Assembly: GCA_963799285.1 (NCBI GenBank)
Contig: CAWCWK010000004.1
Coordinates: forward strand, 270,309-334,308
Reading direction: 5' to 3'
Source: an uncultured Alphaproteobacteria bacterium
Lineage (GTDB): Bacteria; Pseudomonadota; Alphaproteobacteria; Rhizobiales; CAWCWK01
DNA: 64,000 nt
A model generated the notes under the pieces. The model was not told the DNA's origin. It searched no databases and saw only the letters and a list, made by a program, of their open reading frames with translations. This document shows, piece by piece, positions 52,666-61,407 of the stretch. A program made the translations under genes and the position numbers. Each line of letters starts with the position of its first letter. The first letter of the stretch is position 1.

Positions 52666-54005
52666 TCTGGCAACACGACGCTACCGCACTGCTGGAGTCA
52701 TTCGCGGCAGGTCGGGCGACGCCGAGCGAGGCGGTCGAGGCCGTTCTCCAACGCATCGCGGCCACCGATCCGGTCGTGAACGCCTACTCCGCCGTGTCCG
52801 ACACCCTCCGGATGGAGGCCGATGCCTCGACCGCCCGTTGGTCCGGCGGTACGCCATCCGGCCCGCTCGACGGCCTGCCGCTGGTGATCAAGGACAATCT
52901 CGTCAGTGCGGGCCTGCCGGCGTCGTGGGGCAATGCCGCCCTCGCCAAGCGCGTGCCCGCGCGAGACGAAAGTCCCGTGGCGGCGTTACGTGAGGCTGGC
53001 GCCTTAGTGATCGGCAAGGGCAACACGCCCGAGTTCGCGGTCGAAGGCTTTACCGACAACCTGACCTTCGGTGCGACCCGCAATCCCTTCGATGCGGCTC
53101 TGACACCGGGCGGCTCCTCTGGCGGCGTCGTCTCGGCAATTGCCTGCGGCTCGGCCTTTGCAGGCCTCGGGACGGATGGCGGCGGCTCGATCCGCCGCCC
53201 GGCCGGCTATACGGGCCTCGTCGGTCTGAAGCCCGGGATCGGCCGTGTCCCGCGCGGTGGCGGCCTGCCGCAAGTGCTGCTCGATTTCGAGGTCGTGGGA
53301 CCGATCGCGCGCTCGCTTCGCGATGTTCGCCTGCTGGACGAGGTGCTGTCCGGCACGCCGGCAGAGTCTCGCCTGGCCGCACCTTCGCGCATCCTCGCCG
53401 TTCCTACGCTCGGAGACGCGCCGTGCGATCCAGCCATCCTCGCCGCGTTCGAGGACGTCCTGGGGCGCCTCCTCGAGCGGGGTCACAGGGTCGAGATCGG
53501 CGGGCTGCCACATGACTTGACCGATCTGAACGCAGGCTGGTCCCGAATCGGACAGATCGGCCTCGCTGCCTATTTCGCCCGCGATCAGGAGGTGGCCGAA
53601 GCGGCCGCACCTCGATATCGCGAGATGGCGAAGGCCGGTTCCGAAGCCTCCGCCACCGAGTTCCAGGCCGTGCTGGACGCCGTCTACGACCTGCGCCATT
53701 CGGCGCGCGATCTCTGGGGGCACGACGCGATCCTGATGCCGACCTCAGCCGCCCAACCATGGGCCGCGCGCGAAAGCCACCCGCGTGAGATCGCCGGACG
53801 CGCCGTCGGCCCTCGTGGCCATGCCGTCTATACGGGCTGGGTGAATGCGGCGGGCCTGCCGGCGCTCGCCTTCCCGGCCCCCCTGTCCAAAGGGCTCCCG
53901 ATCGGAATCCAGTTGGTGGGGCCGATGGGATCGGAGGGGCGGCTCATGGATATTGCCGAGCCGATACTCGCCCCGTTCCGCTGGCCCGACCTTACGCTAG
54001 GTTGA
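52662..54005 (+). CDS. Amidase-signature (GatA-like) amidase
   Basis: ATGA overlap with the dctM stop. Blocks are LDGLPLVIKDNL and GGSSGGVVSAIACGSAFAGLGTDGGGSIRRPA. Confidence 0.9.
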   Translation: MIWQHDATALLESFAAGRATPSEAVEAVLQRIAATDPVVNAYSAVSDTLRMEADASTARWSGGTPSGPLDGLPLVIKDNLVSAGLPASWGNAALAKRVPARDESPVAALREAGALVIGKGNTPEFAVEGFTDNLTFGATRNPFDAALTPGGSSGGVVSAIACGSAFAGLGTDGGGSIRRPAGYTGLVGLKPGIGRVPRGGGLPQVLLDFEVVGPIARSLRDVRLLDEVLSGTPAESRLAAPSRILAVPTLGDAPCDPAILAAFEDVLGRLLERGHRVEIGGLPHDLTDLNAGWSRIGQIGLAAYFARDQEVAEAAAPRYREMAKAGSEASATEFQAVLDAVYDLRHSARDLWGHDAILMPTSAAQPWAARESHPREIAGRAVGPRGHAVYTGWVNAAGLPALAFPAPLSKGLPIGIQLVGPMGSEGRLMDIAEPILAPFRWPDLTLG

Positions 54006-54711
54006 CCGAGACGTCGCCGAGCCCTTCGATCCACCCCTCGATCCGCGTGCCCGGCCCGAACCAGGGAAGGCCGCACAGCGAACCGGTGATGACGATCTGC
54101 CCCGGCCGCACGCCGCCGCAATGATCGCCGAGGTGCCGGAGAAGGAGATCGAGATTGGCGAGCGCGGAACCGCCCGGCACTGTCGCGGGACCATCGAGAA
54201 CATAGCTGTCATCGGCCGTCAGTCGGGCCGGCACCTCGCCGAAATCGGCACCGTCCCAGTCCGTCGGCCCCTCTCCGATGACGATCCCGGCGTTCATCTG
54301 AAGATCAGCGAACTTGAGCGACGGGTTCTCGGCGGCCCGGCCCGCCAGGCGGGTATCGACGAGTTCCAGAACCGTGCGGGGGCGGAGATAGCGCTGCGGT
54401 TCGTCGGGGAGGCCGTCTCCGGGCAGTGCCGTGAGGACCTCGAAGCCGACCTCCAGCTCGATCCCTAACCGGTCGGCCACTGTGCGAACGCCGCGATTCT
54501 CCGTACCGTAGCGGGCGGGTATGGGGGCGAGGATGGGCAGCCCGTCGGGCACCGCGCTCACCTTGAAGCCCGCCACAGGCCCCAGCGCCGTGCAGACCGT
54601 CGTCTGTATCGACAGGATGTCGCGGCGCCTGAGCGCTGCGATGGGCGACGCGATCCTCACGCCGGTGCGATGCGCGCCCAGCAGCCTTTGCGCCAGCATG
54701 TCAGGCGTCAC
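53992..54711 (-). CDS. 2-keto-4-pentenoate hydratase / MhpD-HpcG-like hydratase-decarboxylase family protein
   Basis: GFKVSAVPDG...IELEVGFEV...PGQIVITGSL.G. The 3' end overlaps the convergent amidase by 14 nt. Confidence 0.55.
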   Translation of the reverse strand: MTPDMLAQRLLGAHRTGVRIASPIAALRRRDILSIQTTVCTALGPVAGFKVSAVPDGLPILAPIPARYGTENRGVRTVADRLGIELEVGFEVLTALPGDGLPDEPQRYLRPRTVLELVDTRLAGRAAENPSLKFADLQMNAGIVIGEGPTDWDGADFGEVPARLTADDSYVLDGPATVPGGSALANLDLLLRHLGDHCGGVRPGQIVITGSLCGLPWFGPGTRIEGWIEGLGDVSVNLA

Positions 54712-54715
54712 CGCG

Positions 54716-55351
54716 TCATCCTTCCAGAAGCGCCACGACCTCGTCGGCCGCGCAGATGATCGGATTTAGGAGGGGGAGGGGACTTCGCGACCGCAGCCGC
54801 TCGGCGGCCTCGCCCAACGGACCGCCGCCGATGATGATGCGTTCCGCGCCCTTCGCCCGAGCGTCCTCGATCGCACCCAACAGGGCTGCGTCTAGGGCGT
54901 CGTCGTTTGCCATGAGGGCCAGGGGGGCGCCATCAGAGACGAAGCATCCGATATAGGGCGCCGCACCGGCATGCCGCCGCATCAGATCGTCGATTGCGAT
55001 GCGCAGGCCGGGCGTCGTGGTGGCCACGGCGAAGGGTACACATTCTTTGGCAGCGGAACGCGCAGAAGCCGCCCCAATGCCGATGACGGGACAAGTCAGC
55101 CTACGCGCGAGGGCCTCGGCTCCCGGATCGCCGAAGGCCGCCACGATGACGGCGGCCACATCTCGCGGAACGCTCATTGCGGCGACCTGGCGGCCCGCTT
55201 CGGCAAGCGCATCGGCTGTGACGATCATCCCGGGACCGTGAGGCATGGTCCATCCCTGCGGCGCGGCGCCCAGCGCGCGCGACGCAATCGCGCACATCCG
55301 CTTGGTCGTGGACGCATTGCTATTGGGATTGACGAGAAGGACCGCGTTCAA
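54716..55351 (-). CDS. Asp/Glu/hydantoin-racemase-family protein lacking both catalytic cysteines (paralogue 2)
   Basis: The N-terminus is MNAVLLVNPNSNAS. The motif positions read VAAFGDPGA and IIGGGPLGE. Confidence 0.7.
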   Translation of the reverse strand: MNAVLLVNPNSNASTTKRMCAIASRALGAAPQGWTMPHGPGMIVTADALAEAGRQVAAMSVPRDVAAVIVAAFGDPGAEALARRLTCPVIGIGAASARSAAKECVPFAVATTTPGLRIAIDDLMRRHAGAAPYIGCFVSDGAPLALMANDDALDAALLGAIEDARAKGAERIIIGGGPLGEAAERLRSRSPLPLLNPIICAADEVVALLEG

Positions 55352-55867
55352 GCTCGAGATTTCCTGCCCTTCGAACGCTTCCGACGCCCGGCGAGCCCAA
55401 GTCCCGTCGGCCGCTCGGAGGGTTCAGCCCCACAATACCCCCCCCGGCCCTGCCGGTTTCCCGGACGAACTGACTGGAACGCGCCTAGCCTGTCTTATGG
55501 CTTCCGGTCCAACATCACGACAAGCGCCTCTCGCCGCGATGGCATAGTCTGTCACGTACAGGATCCCATCCACAAACGTGTTCGCGGTCTCATCCTTCCC
55601 TGCGCGCCATTTCCGCAACGATCGAAGCGTCGCCCATGTCGCCGTGAGCCTCGTCGCCTGCCGCGGCGGCCTGGCATGCCGAGATGGCGGAGCTGCTGTC
55701 TCGCCCGGGTTGGGTTGTAAGGGTTCAGCCAAATATCCATGGAACCGAAGTTCAATGGAGGATGGTGCCGCCGCACCAGCCCCGCGAAATCCGCGTCGCG
55801 AGCGCCTTCGAGCCTTCGTGAACCTCTCGGCATCGAGGCGGGAGGTGACGGCGCTCCGTATCGCGAG

Positions 55868-56749
55868 TCAGGCGCGAGCGGGCAGGCCATGGCGTTCGAG
55901 GAAGGCACGCCCGTCGCGCCGGCCCGCTTCCCACGTCGCCTCGATCTTCTCCCGGCTCGTAAAGTCGATCTTGTCGGCCGGCACGCTCCGGGCCGGTTCG
56001 ATGTAGAGCCGGTCGGGGTGATCGGGCAGGTTGCGGAACTTGCGGGTGAGGAGGACGAGGGTGCGCCCCCTGTCGGGATTCGGCATCGGCGCCTTGTTGG
56101 CCATCCCACCGTCGACAACGGGGCGCCCGTTCCAGCCCTGCACGTTGAACACCGGAGGAATGACGGCGGCGGCGCAGACGAGGTCGATCAACGTCCCGTC
56201 GCGCGCGGCCTGGCGCCCGTCGATGAGCACCTGATCGGCGCCCAGTCCGTCGGCCGAGATCACGTGCGGGGTCGAGCGGATCAGCTTGTCGGCCTGATAC
56301 GCGATCATCATCGGGACGGTCGAGAGTTTCGGGGCCGCGTCGAAGGGCGGATGGGTGAGGAGGACCTGAAAGGCCGGGCCGTCCTCTATGCGCGAGACCG
56401 CCTCCGACGTCAGCGTCTCCTCCACGATCTCGCGATACATCTCCTGATGCGGGGTCAGCCCGTTTTCGCGCACCTCGTTCCAATCGACGGACGTGTTGGA
56501 TTCACGCCGGTGCAGCGCCTCGCCCATGACCTCGAAGAGCCGCTCCTCGACTTCGCCGATGAAGGCGCAGGACGAGAGCGCCCCGCCCGAGACGGCCGCG
56601 ATCCGTTGAGGGGCCAGACCGAGCGGATCAGCCACGATTTCCATGAAGCCCCCGTGCCAGAAGCAGCGCGTGCCCCCGCCAGAGAAGACGAGCTGCTCGA
56701 AGCGTAGAGCGTCGGGCAGGTCCGCTGCCGCAACCTTGCGCGGGCTCAA
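55868..56749 (-). CDS. Patatin-like phospholipase
   Basis: The oxyanion motif is FSGGGTRCF, the nucleophile elbow is AVSGGA and the C-terminal DGG is VVDGGMANKAP. The TTG start forms a TTGA overlap with the upstream PLD stop. Confidence 0.8.
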   Translation of the reverse strand: MSPRKVAAADLPDALRFEQLVFSGGGTRCFWHGGFMEIVADPLGLAPQRIAAVSGGALSSCAFIGEVEERLFEVMGEALHRRESNTSVDWNEVRENGLTPHQEMYREIVEETLTSEAVSRIEDGPAFQVLLTHPPFDAAPKLSTVPMMIAYQADKLIRSTPHVISADGLGADQVLIDGRQAARDGTLIDLVCAAAVIPPVFNVQGWNGRPVVDGGMANKAPMPNPDRGRTLVLLTRKFRNLPDHPDRLYIEPARSVPADKIDFTSREKIEATWEAGRRDGRAFLERHGLPARA

Positions 56750-58521
56750 TGCCCTGTCCGCCGCGCGCGGGCCGCCGCGACGAGGGCGGCATCGCCCGTC
56801 CGCGGCTCGACCAATAGGACGTTCTCGCGAACCGGCGCGTCATGCGGTCTCGCCCGCGGCGGATAAGGCGTGATCACGGCGGGCGCGGGGAACGGGCGTC
56901 GCGGCGCGCGGCGGCGGGCGTAGCGCATACTGGCCCAGACGCCGACGGCAACGGCGCCGACGGCCAGCAGGAGGGCGCCCGCACCCACGGCCTCGACATG
57001 GTAGGGCGCGATGGCGCGTTTGGCGCCGTGCGATAGGCTTTTCAAAGGGTGCGGCCTGTTGCGCGGATAGGTCCGCTCGTCGCCGAGGATGCGCTCGCCG
57101 GTCTCGCGCATCACGGCGCCGAGCGGATCCGGGTCGATGGGTTTGAGCCGCCGTGCGGCCTTCTCATTGAGCGCATCCACCGCCGCGATGAGCGAGCCCT
57201 TCTCGGCCGCGACGCTCGCGACCTGCGCCGGCTCGCAGCCCAGATGCTCTGCCAGGAGATCGTGTCGCATCGCCAGGGCGAAAGCACGCTGATCCGCGCT
57301 CGCCGTCTCGAAGGCGACGTCGCACTCGGTATCGAATCCCATGGAGCGGTTGTTGACGTTGCTTGACCCGATGCGCACCAGCCGGTCGTCGATGATCAAG
57401 ACCTTGGCATGGACGTAGATCGGATCGCCGCCCGCGTTCACGGGGTGGTAGATGCGGAAACGATCGCGGCCCTCGGGTCCGCCGCGCGCCGCGGCTGCGC
57501 GCAGCCGCTCGATCATACGCGCGCGGGCGGTATCCATGACCTGGTGCTCGACCGGACCTTGCGCCCGGTCCGGGTTGATCACCAAAAGCTCGGGCCCGCC
57601 CGGCTCGGCCAAGCGCCGCTCCAACGCCTCGCAGATCGTGCCGGAAGCGAGATATTGGCTCTCTAGGTAGATGACGTCGCGCGCTGCGCGGATGGCGGCG
57701 AGATAGAGCTTCTCGATCTCGTCGACGCGCGGCTGCTCGTGGTAGTCGGGTTTAGTCCGCGCCACCGCGACCTCGACACCCTCGAGATCGACGTCCAGCT
57801 CATCGGGCCAAAGCTGGGAGGGTACGCGTGGCGGATCGAGCTCGTCGCCGTTGGCCGCATGCCAGCGCTCGCGCGCCAGATCGCCCAGCACTTCGGCAAT
57901 CGGCCCGCCGAGCGCCGTCGTCACGTCGTGCCATGGCTTATGTCCGTCGCCGTTCGGGAAGTGCCGACGTCTGTCGTCCGGCGCATGGTCCCGCGTGTCC
58001 CAGCGCCCCCCGGTGACGTCGATGCCGCCGCAAAAGGCGAGACGGTCATCCACCACGACCACCTTCTGATGGTGCGTCGCGCCGACGGGGTGATGGCTGT
58101 CGAGCGCGAATTGGATGCGATCCGAGGCGAGCTTGAGGTCGAGCGTCTCCTTGGCCTGCTGGGCGATCTCGACCAGCATCGCCTTATCCCACTTCAAGAT
58201 GTAGAGGGACAGGCCGGGCGTCGCCGTCACGAGATGCTGGAGGAAGTCGCCCAAACGGTTGGGCAGGCCATCGGGTGCGTTGCCGTCCGCATCACCCTTG
58301 TCGGGCAACATCTCCAGCCGCAGGTCGAAATCCCAGCCGATAAGGAAGATCGTTTTCTTGGCGGCGCGCAGGGCCGCACGCAGATGCCGGAAATAGTCGG
58401 CTGCATCGACGATGACCGATAACCGATCCGCCCGCGCTAGGCGCCAGCATGTCTCGCCGGGCACCAAGATGGGCGCGCGGTCGAACCCGTTTCCGGCCTT
58501 TCCCTTGTCGTCTTCTACCAT
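56746..58521 (-). CDS. Phospholipase D / cardiolipin-synthase-superfamily protein with two HKD motifs and a C-terminal membrane anchor
   Basis: I take the internal ATG at 58521 of ORF 56746..58638 (MVEDDKGKAG). HKD1 is THHQKVVVVDDRLAFCGGID and HKD2 is VHAKVLIIDDRLVRIGSSNVNNRS. The C-terminal hydrophobic segment is GAGALLLAVGAVAVGVWA. Confidence 0.85.
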   Translation of the reverse strand: MVEDDKGKAGNGFDRAPILVPGETCWRLARADRLSVIVDAADYFRHLRAALRAAKKTIFLIGWDFDLRLEMLPDKGDADGNAPDGLPNRLGDFLQHLVTATPGLSLYILKWDKAMLVEIAQQAKETLDLKLASDRIQFALDSHHPVGATHHQKVVVVDDRLAFCGGIDVTGGRWDTRDHAPDDRRRHFPNGDGHKPWHDVTTALGGPIAEVLGDLARERWHAANGDELDPPRVPSQLWPDELDVDLEGVEVAVARTKPDYHEQPRVDEIEKLYLAAIRAARDVIYLESQYLASGTICEALERRLAEPGGPELLVINPDRAQGPVEHQVMDTARARMIERLRAAAARGGPEGRDRFRIYHPVNAGGDPIYVHAKVLIIDDRLVRIGSSNVNNRSMGFDTECDVAFETASADQRAFALAMRHDLLAEHLGCEPAQVASVAAEKGSLIAAVDALNEKAARRLKPIDPDPLGAVMRETGERILGDERTYPRNRPHPLKSLSHGAKRAIAPYHVEAVGAGALLLAVGAVAVGVWASMRYARRRAPRRPFPAPAVITPYPPRARPHDAPVRENVLLVEPRTGDAALVAAARARRTGH

Positions 58522-58716
58522 CGGATCGGACCCTTTCGGCAGTTCTCGTGATCTCTTGCGTTCCGCGTTCGAGGCTTCGGCCTCCTCAACGGCATACCGG
58601 CGCACTTCGTTCACGCCGCCGCTCCTGCCTTTGTGCAACCCCTCAACCCGCGCCGCGTTCGTTCTCGGTATATGCAGTTCGCCATGCGTGCTGGCTCGGT
58701 CGGAGATTTAGAGAGT

Positions 58717-59823
58717 ATGACCTCAAGAGAAAGCGGTTCCGGCGACGATCTGGCCACGTGGGGCGGCCCCCTAGAGCGCCCGGCGCGCATGCTGTCGGCC
58801 GAGCGGATCCTCGCCGTCACCGCCCTCGTCCTGCTGCCCCTGGCACTGATTTATCTGTTCTGGATTGGCAAGAACGCCTTTTTCCTTCTTTTCGCAGGTA
58901 TTCTCCTTGCCGCTATCCTCGACGCGGGCGCGCGCGGCATCACGAACCATACGAGCCTTGCCAGAAAGTGGGCGATCGGCATCGTCATCGGCGCGGTCGT
59001 TATCGTCCTAGCGGCTCTGGCTTGGTTCGCCGGCCACTATCTCGTCACCCAGGCCGGTGATCTCTACGACGCCCTCCAGGCGCAGGCTCGCCGGATCGGC
59101 GCCATGATCGACCGTTTCCGCCCGGGCGGGGGCGACCCGGAGGCCGAGACTCCGGCCGAGCTTCTCAACGATGCCACGCAGATGATGGCGGGCGGCGACG
59201 GCGGCGCGGGTTCCTTCGTCAAGGCCGTGCTCGGCGCGTTGGCCAACGCCTTCATCGTCTTCTTCATCGGCGTCTTCCTCGCCCTCGACCCCCACCTCTA
59301 CAAGCGCGGTCTGACGCGTCTCTTTCCCGTCAAGCATCGCGAGACCGTGGACGACGCCCTGCACCGCGCCGGCGGCACGCTGCGCCAGTGGCTTATCGGA
59401 AAGCTGCTTTCGATGGCCATGATCTTCGTCTTCACCCTCGCGGGTCTGTGGCTGATCGGCTACCCGCTGGCGATCCCGCTGGCCTTGCTGGCCGGGCTGC
59501 TGGCCTTCGTTCCAAATCTCGGGCCGATCCTGACCTATATCCCCATCGCGATGGCCGGCTTCTCGGACGGCGTGTCGACGGTCTTGATGGGCGTCGCGGT
59601 CTACGCCGTCGCGCAGACGATAGAGAGCTACATCTTCACGCCGCTCATCCAGAAGCGGATGGTCTCGCTGCCGCCGGCCCTGATCCTCTTCACCCAGGTC
59701 TTGGGTGGCCTTCTCTTCGGCCTGTGGGGCGTCGCACTCGCCACGCCAATTGCCGCCGTGCTGCGGCTGTGGATCGACCGCTACTACGTGCGGGCCGAAC
59801 TGGAAGGAAAGGCAGCCACCTGA
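58717..59823 (+). CDS. AI-2E (PerM/YhhT, UPF0118) family transporter
   Basis: I take the internal ATG at 58717. The family block is LAGLLAFVPNLGPILTYIPIAMAG...QTIESYIFTPLIQKRMVSLPPAL. It has about 8 TM segments. Confidence 0.8.
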   Translation: MTSRESGSGDDLATWGGPLERPARMLSAERILAVTALVLLPLALIYLFWIGKNAFFLLFAGILLAAILDAGARGITNHTSLARKWAIGIVIGAVVIVLAALAWFAGHYLVTQAGDLYDALQAQARRIGAMIDRFRPGGGDPEAETPAELLNDATQMMAGGDGGAGSFVKAVLGALANAFIVFFIGVFLALDPHLYKRGLTRLFPVKHRETVDDALHRAGGTLRQWLIGKLLSMAMIFVFTLAGLWLIGYPLAIPLALLAGLLAFVPNLGPILTYIPIAMAGFSDGVSTVLMGVAVYAVAQTIESYIFTPLIQKRMVSLPPALILFTQVLGGLLFGLWGVALATPIAAVLRLWIDRYYVRAELEGKAAT

Positions 59824-59884
59824 AGGTGGGGCTCTCCGAAGGCGCTCCGCGCGTTTCCACAAGGCCAGAACCCGAGAGGCTATC

Positions 59885-60730
59885 ATGCCGGACACAAGCC
59901 CCCATATTCCCCGCATTCTCCTCGCGTTCGACTTCGACAGCACCCTGGCGACCGACTCCATCGATGCCGTGCTCTCGCTCTACGAGACCGATCGGGAGAC
60001 CTGGGAGCGCGAGTTCGCGCGTCCGCTCGGCGATGGCTGGGACGAGATCGTCCGTCGCGGCCAGGCGCTCATCGATCTCGGCCGCGAGACCGGCAAGCCG
60101 TTGACCGCCGACAGGCTGCGCGAGGCCGGAACGCGCCTAAGCCTCTTCGACGGCGCGACCGAAATGCCGAGCCGTCTCCGCTCGGTGGCGGAGGAAATCG
60201 CCGAGGACATCGAACTGGAATTCGTCGTCCTCTCCTCCGGGTATGCCGAAATCATTGAGGCCGGCTCCATCATGGACGCGTTCGACATGCTGCTCGCCTC
60301 CACCTTTCACTTTCGCCAGAACGGCGAGGCTGCCTGCGTCAAGCGCGCCGTCACCCATCCCGAGAAGGCGCTCTACCTGGAGGCGCTCGGCAAGGGGTTG
60401 GACTATGACGGCTCCAACGGACCCGAGCGAGCGGGCGACCATGTCGACGCATACGACATGCACTGCCCATTCGATCAGATGATCTATCTCGGCGATGGCG
60501 CGTCCGACCTGCAGGCGTTCGGCTTCCTGACCGAGGCGGGGGGCATCGCGATAGCGGTCGATCCCGACGAGGACGGGGCGCTCGACGATACCGGCGCGCA
60601 AGCCGCCCGCCAACGCGTCGATGCCCTCGCACCGCCCGACTATACCGCCGGAACGCGTTTAATGACCGCGCTGGAACATGCGGTGCGGGCGGCCGCCCAT
60701 CGCATCGCTCTACGCCGCATATCGTCGTAA
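59885..60730 (+). CDS. HAD-superfamily hydrolase-like protein
   Basis: I take the internal ATG at 59885. Motif I is LAFDFDSTLA and motif IV-like is YLGDGASDLQAF. Confidence 0.6.
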   Translation: MPDTSPHIPRILLAFDFDSTLATDSIDAVLSLYETDRETWEREFARPLGDGWDEIVRRGQALIDLGRETGKPLTADRLREAGTRLSLFDGATEMPSRLRSVAEEIAEDIELEFVVLSSGYAEIIEAGSIMDAFDMLLASTFHFRQNGEAACVKRAVTHPEKALYLEALGKGLDYDGSNGPERAGDHVDAYDMHCPFDQMIYLGDGASDLQAFGFLTEAGGIAIAVDPDEDGALDDTGAQAARQRVDALAPPDYTAGTRLMTALEHAVRAAAHRIALRRISS

Positions 60731-60990
60731 GGCGCGACGGAGCCCGCCAGCCCCTGCTCGCAGCTGGCAATGAATGATCGGCTCGGTTCGGCGCAAAACT
60801 ATGCGAGGGCGGTGCCGGCCTCGTCGTCGGCCCGGCCGGCTTGGTCTGGATCGACCTGCCCGATGGCCAGGCGGCGCATCTCCACGCTGTTCTCCTTGAA
60901 GACCTCGGGAGCGCGGCTAAGCGCTCGACCGGGCGCGGCGCGAGGGCCGGATCGTCCTTCGCCATCCACGCGCGGCAGGGCCGGGCGGCA

Positions 60991-61407
60991 TCACGTTTCC
61001 TCTGCGGTCTTCGGGCGTTCGGCCAGGACGGCGAGAAGTGCCGATAAGACCCGCCCGTCGGGCGATGGTTTGGTGCAGAGCGGCGCGCCTGGAAAGCGCT
61101 CCGTCAGGTCGTGGGAATCGACATGGCCGGAATGGAAGATGAAGCCGATCTTTCGCTCCTGCAGAATGGCGGCCGCAGGGAAGACCTCCTTGCGGCCGAC
61201 CATGATATCGAGGATCGCGGCGTCGAAGGTCTCGGACGCCAGACCGTCCAGCAGCTTGTCCAATGTCGCGTAGGGCCCGACGACCCGGCCGCCGTGCCGC
61301 TCGACGATCTCTTCGAGGTCGAGCGCGATCAAGGCCTCGTCTTCGGCGATGAGGATCGAGCGTCCCGCTAGGACGCCTGCCTCCGGGGCATGCTCCAACG
61401 CGATCAC
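60991..61407 (-). CDS. Single-domain response regulator (receiver only)
   Basis: GTG at 61407 forms a GTGA overlap with the kinase stop. The sequence is RSILIAEDEALIALDLEEIVERHGGRVVGPYATLDKLLDGLASETFDAAILDIMV...FIFHSGH. Confidence 0.75.
   Translation of the reverse strand: MIALEHAPEAGVLAGRSILIAEDEALIALDLEEIVERHGGRVVGPYATLDKLLDGLASETFDAAILDIMVGRKEVFPAAAILQERKIGFIFHSGHVDSHDLTERFPGAPLCTKPSPDGRVLSALLAVLAERPKTAEET

Noticed and set aside
55352-55867. 516-bp gap between the racemase-like gene and the patatin gene. It contains overlapping ORFs (e.g. 55424..55732 minus) and a C8 homopolymer near 55437-55445.
   Set aside because: The translations lack motifs, and codon bias is weak and switches frame. 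It may be a decayed gene, but I cannot support a call.
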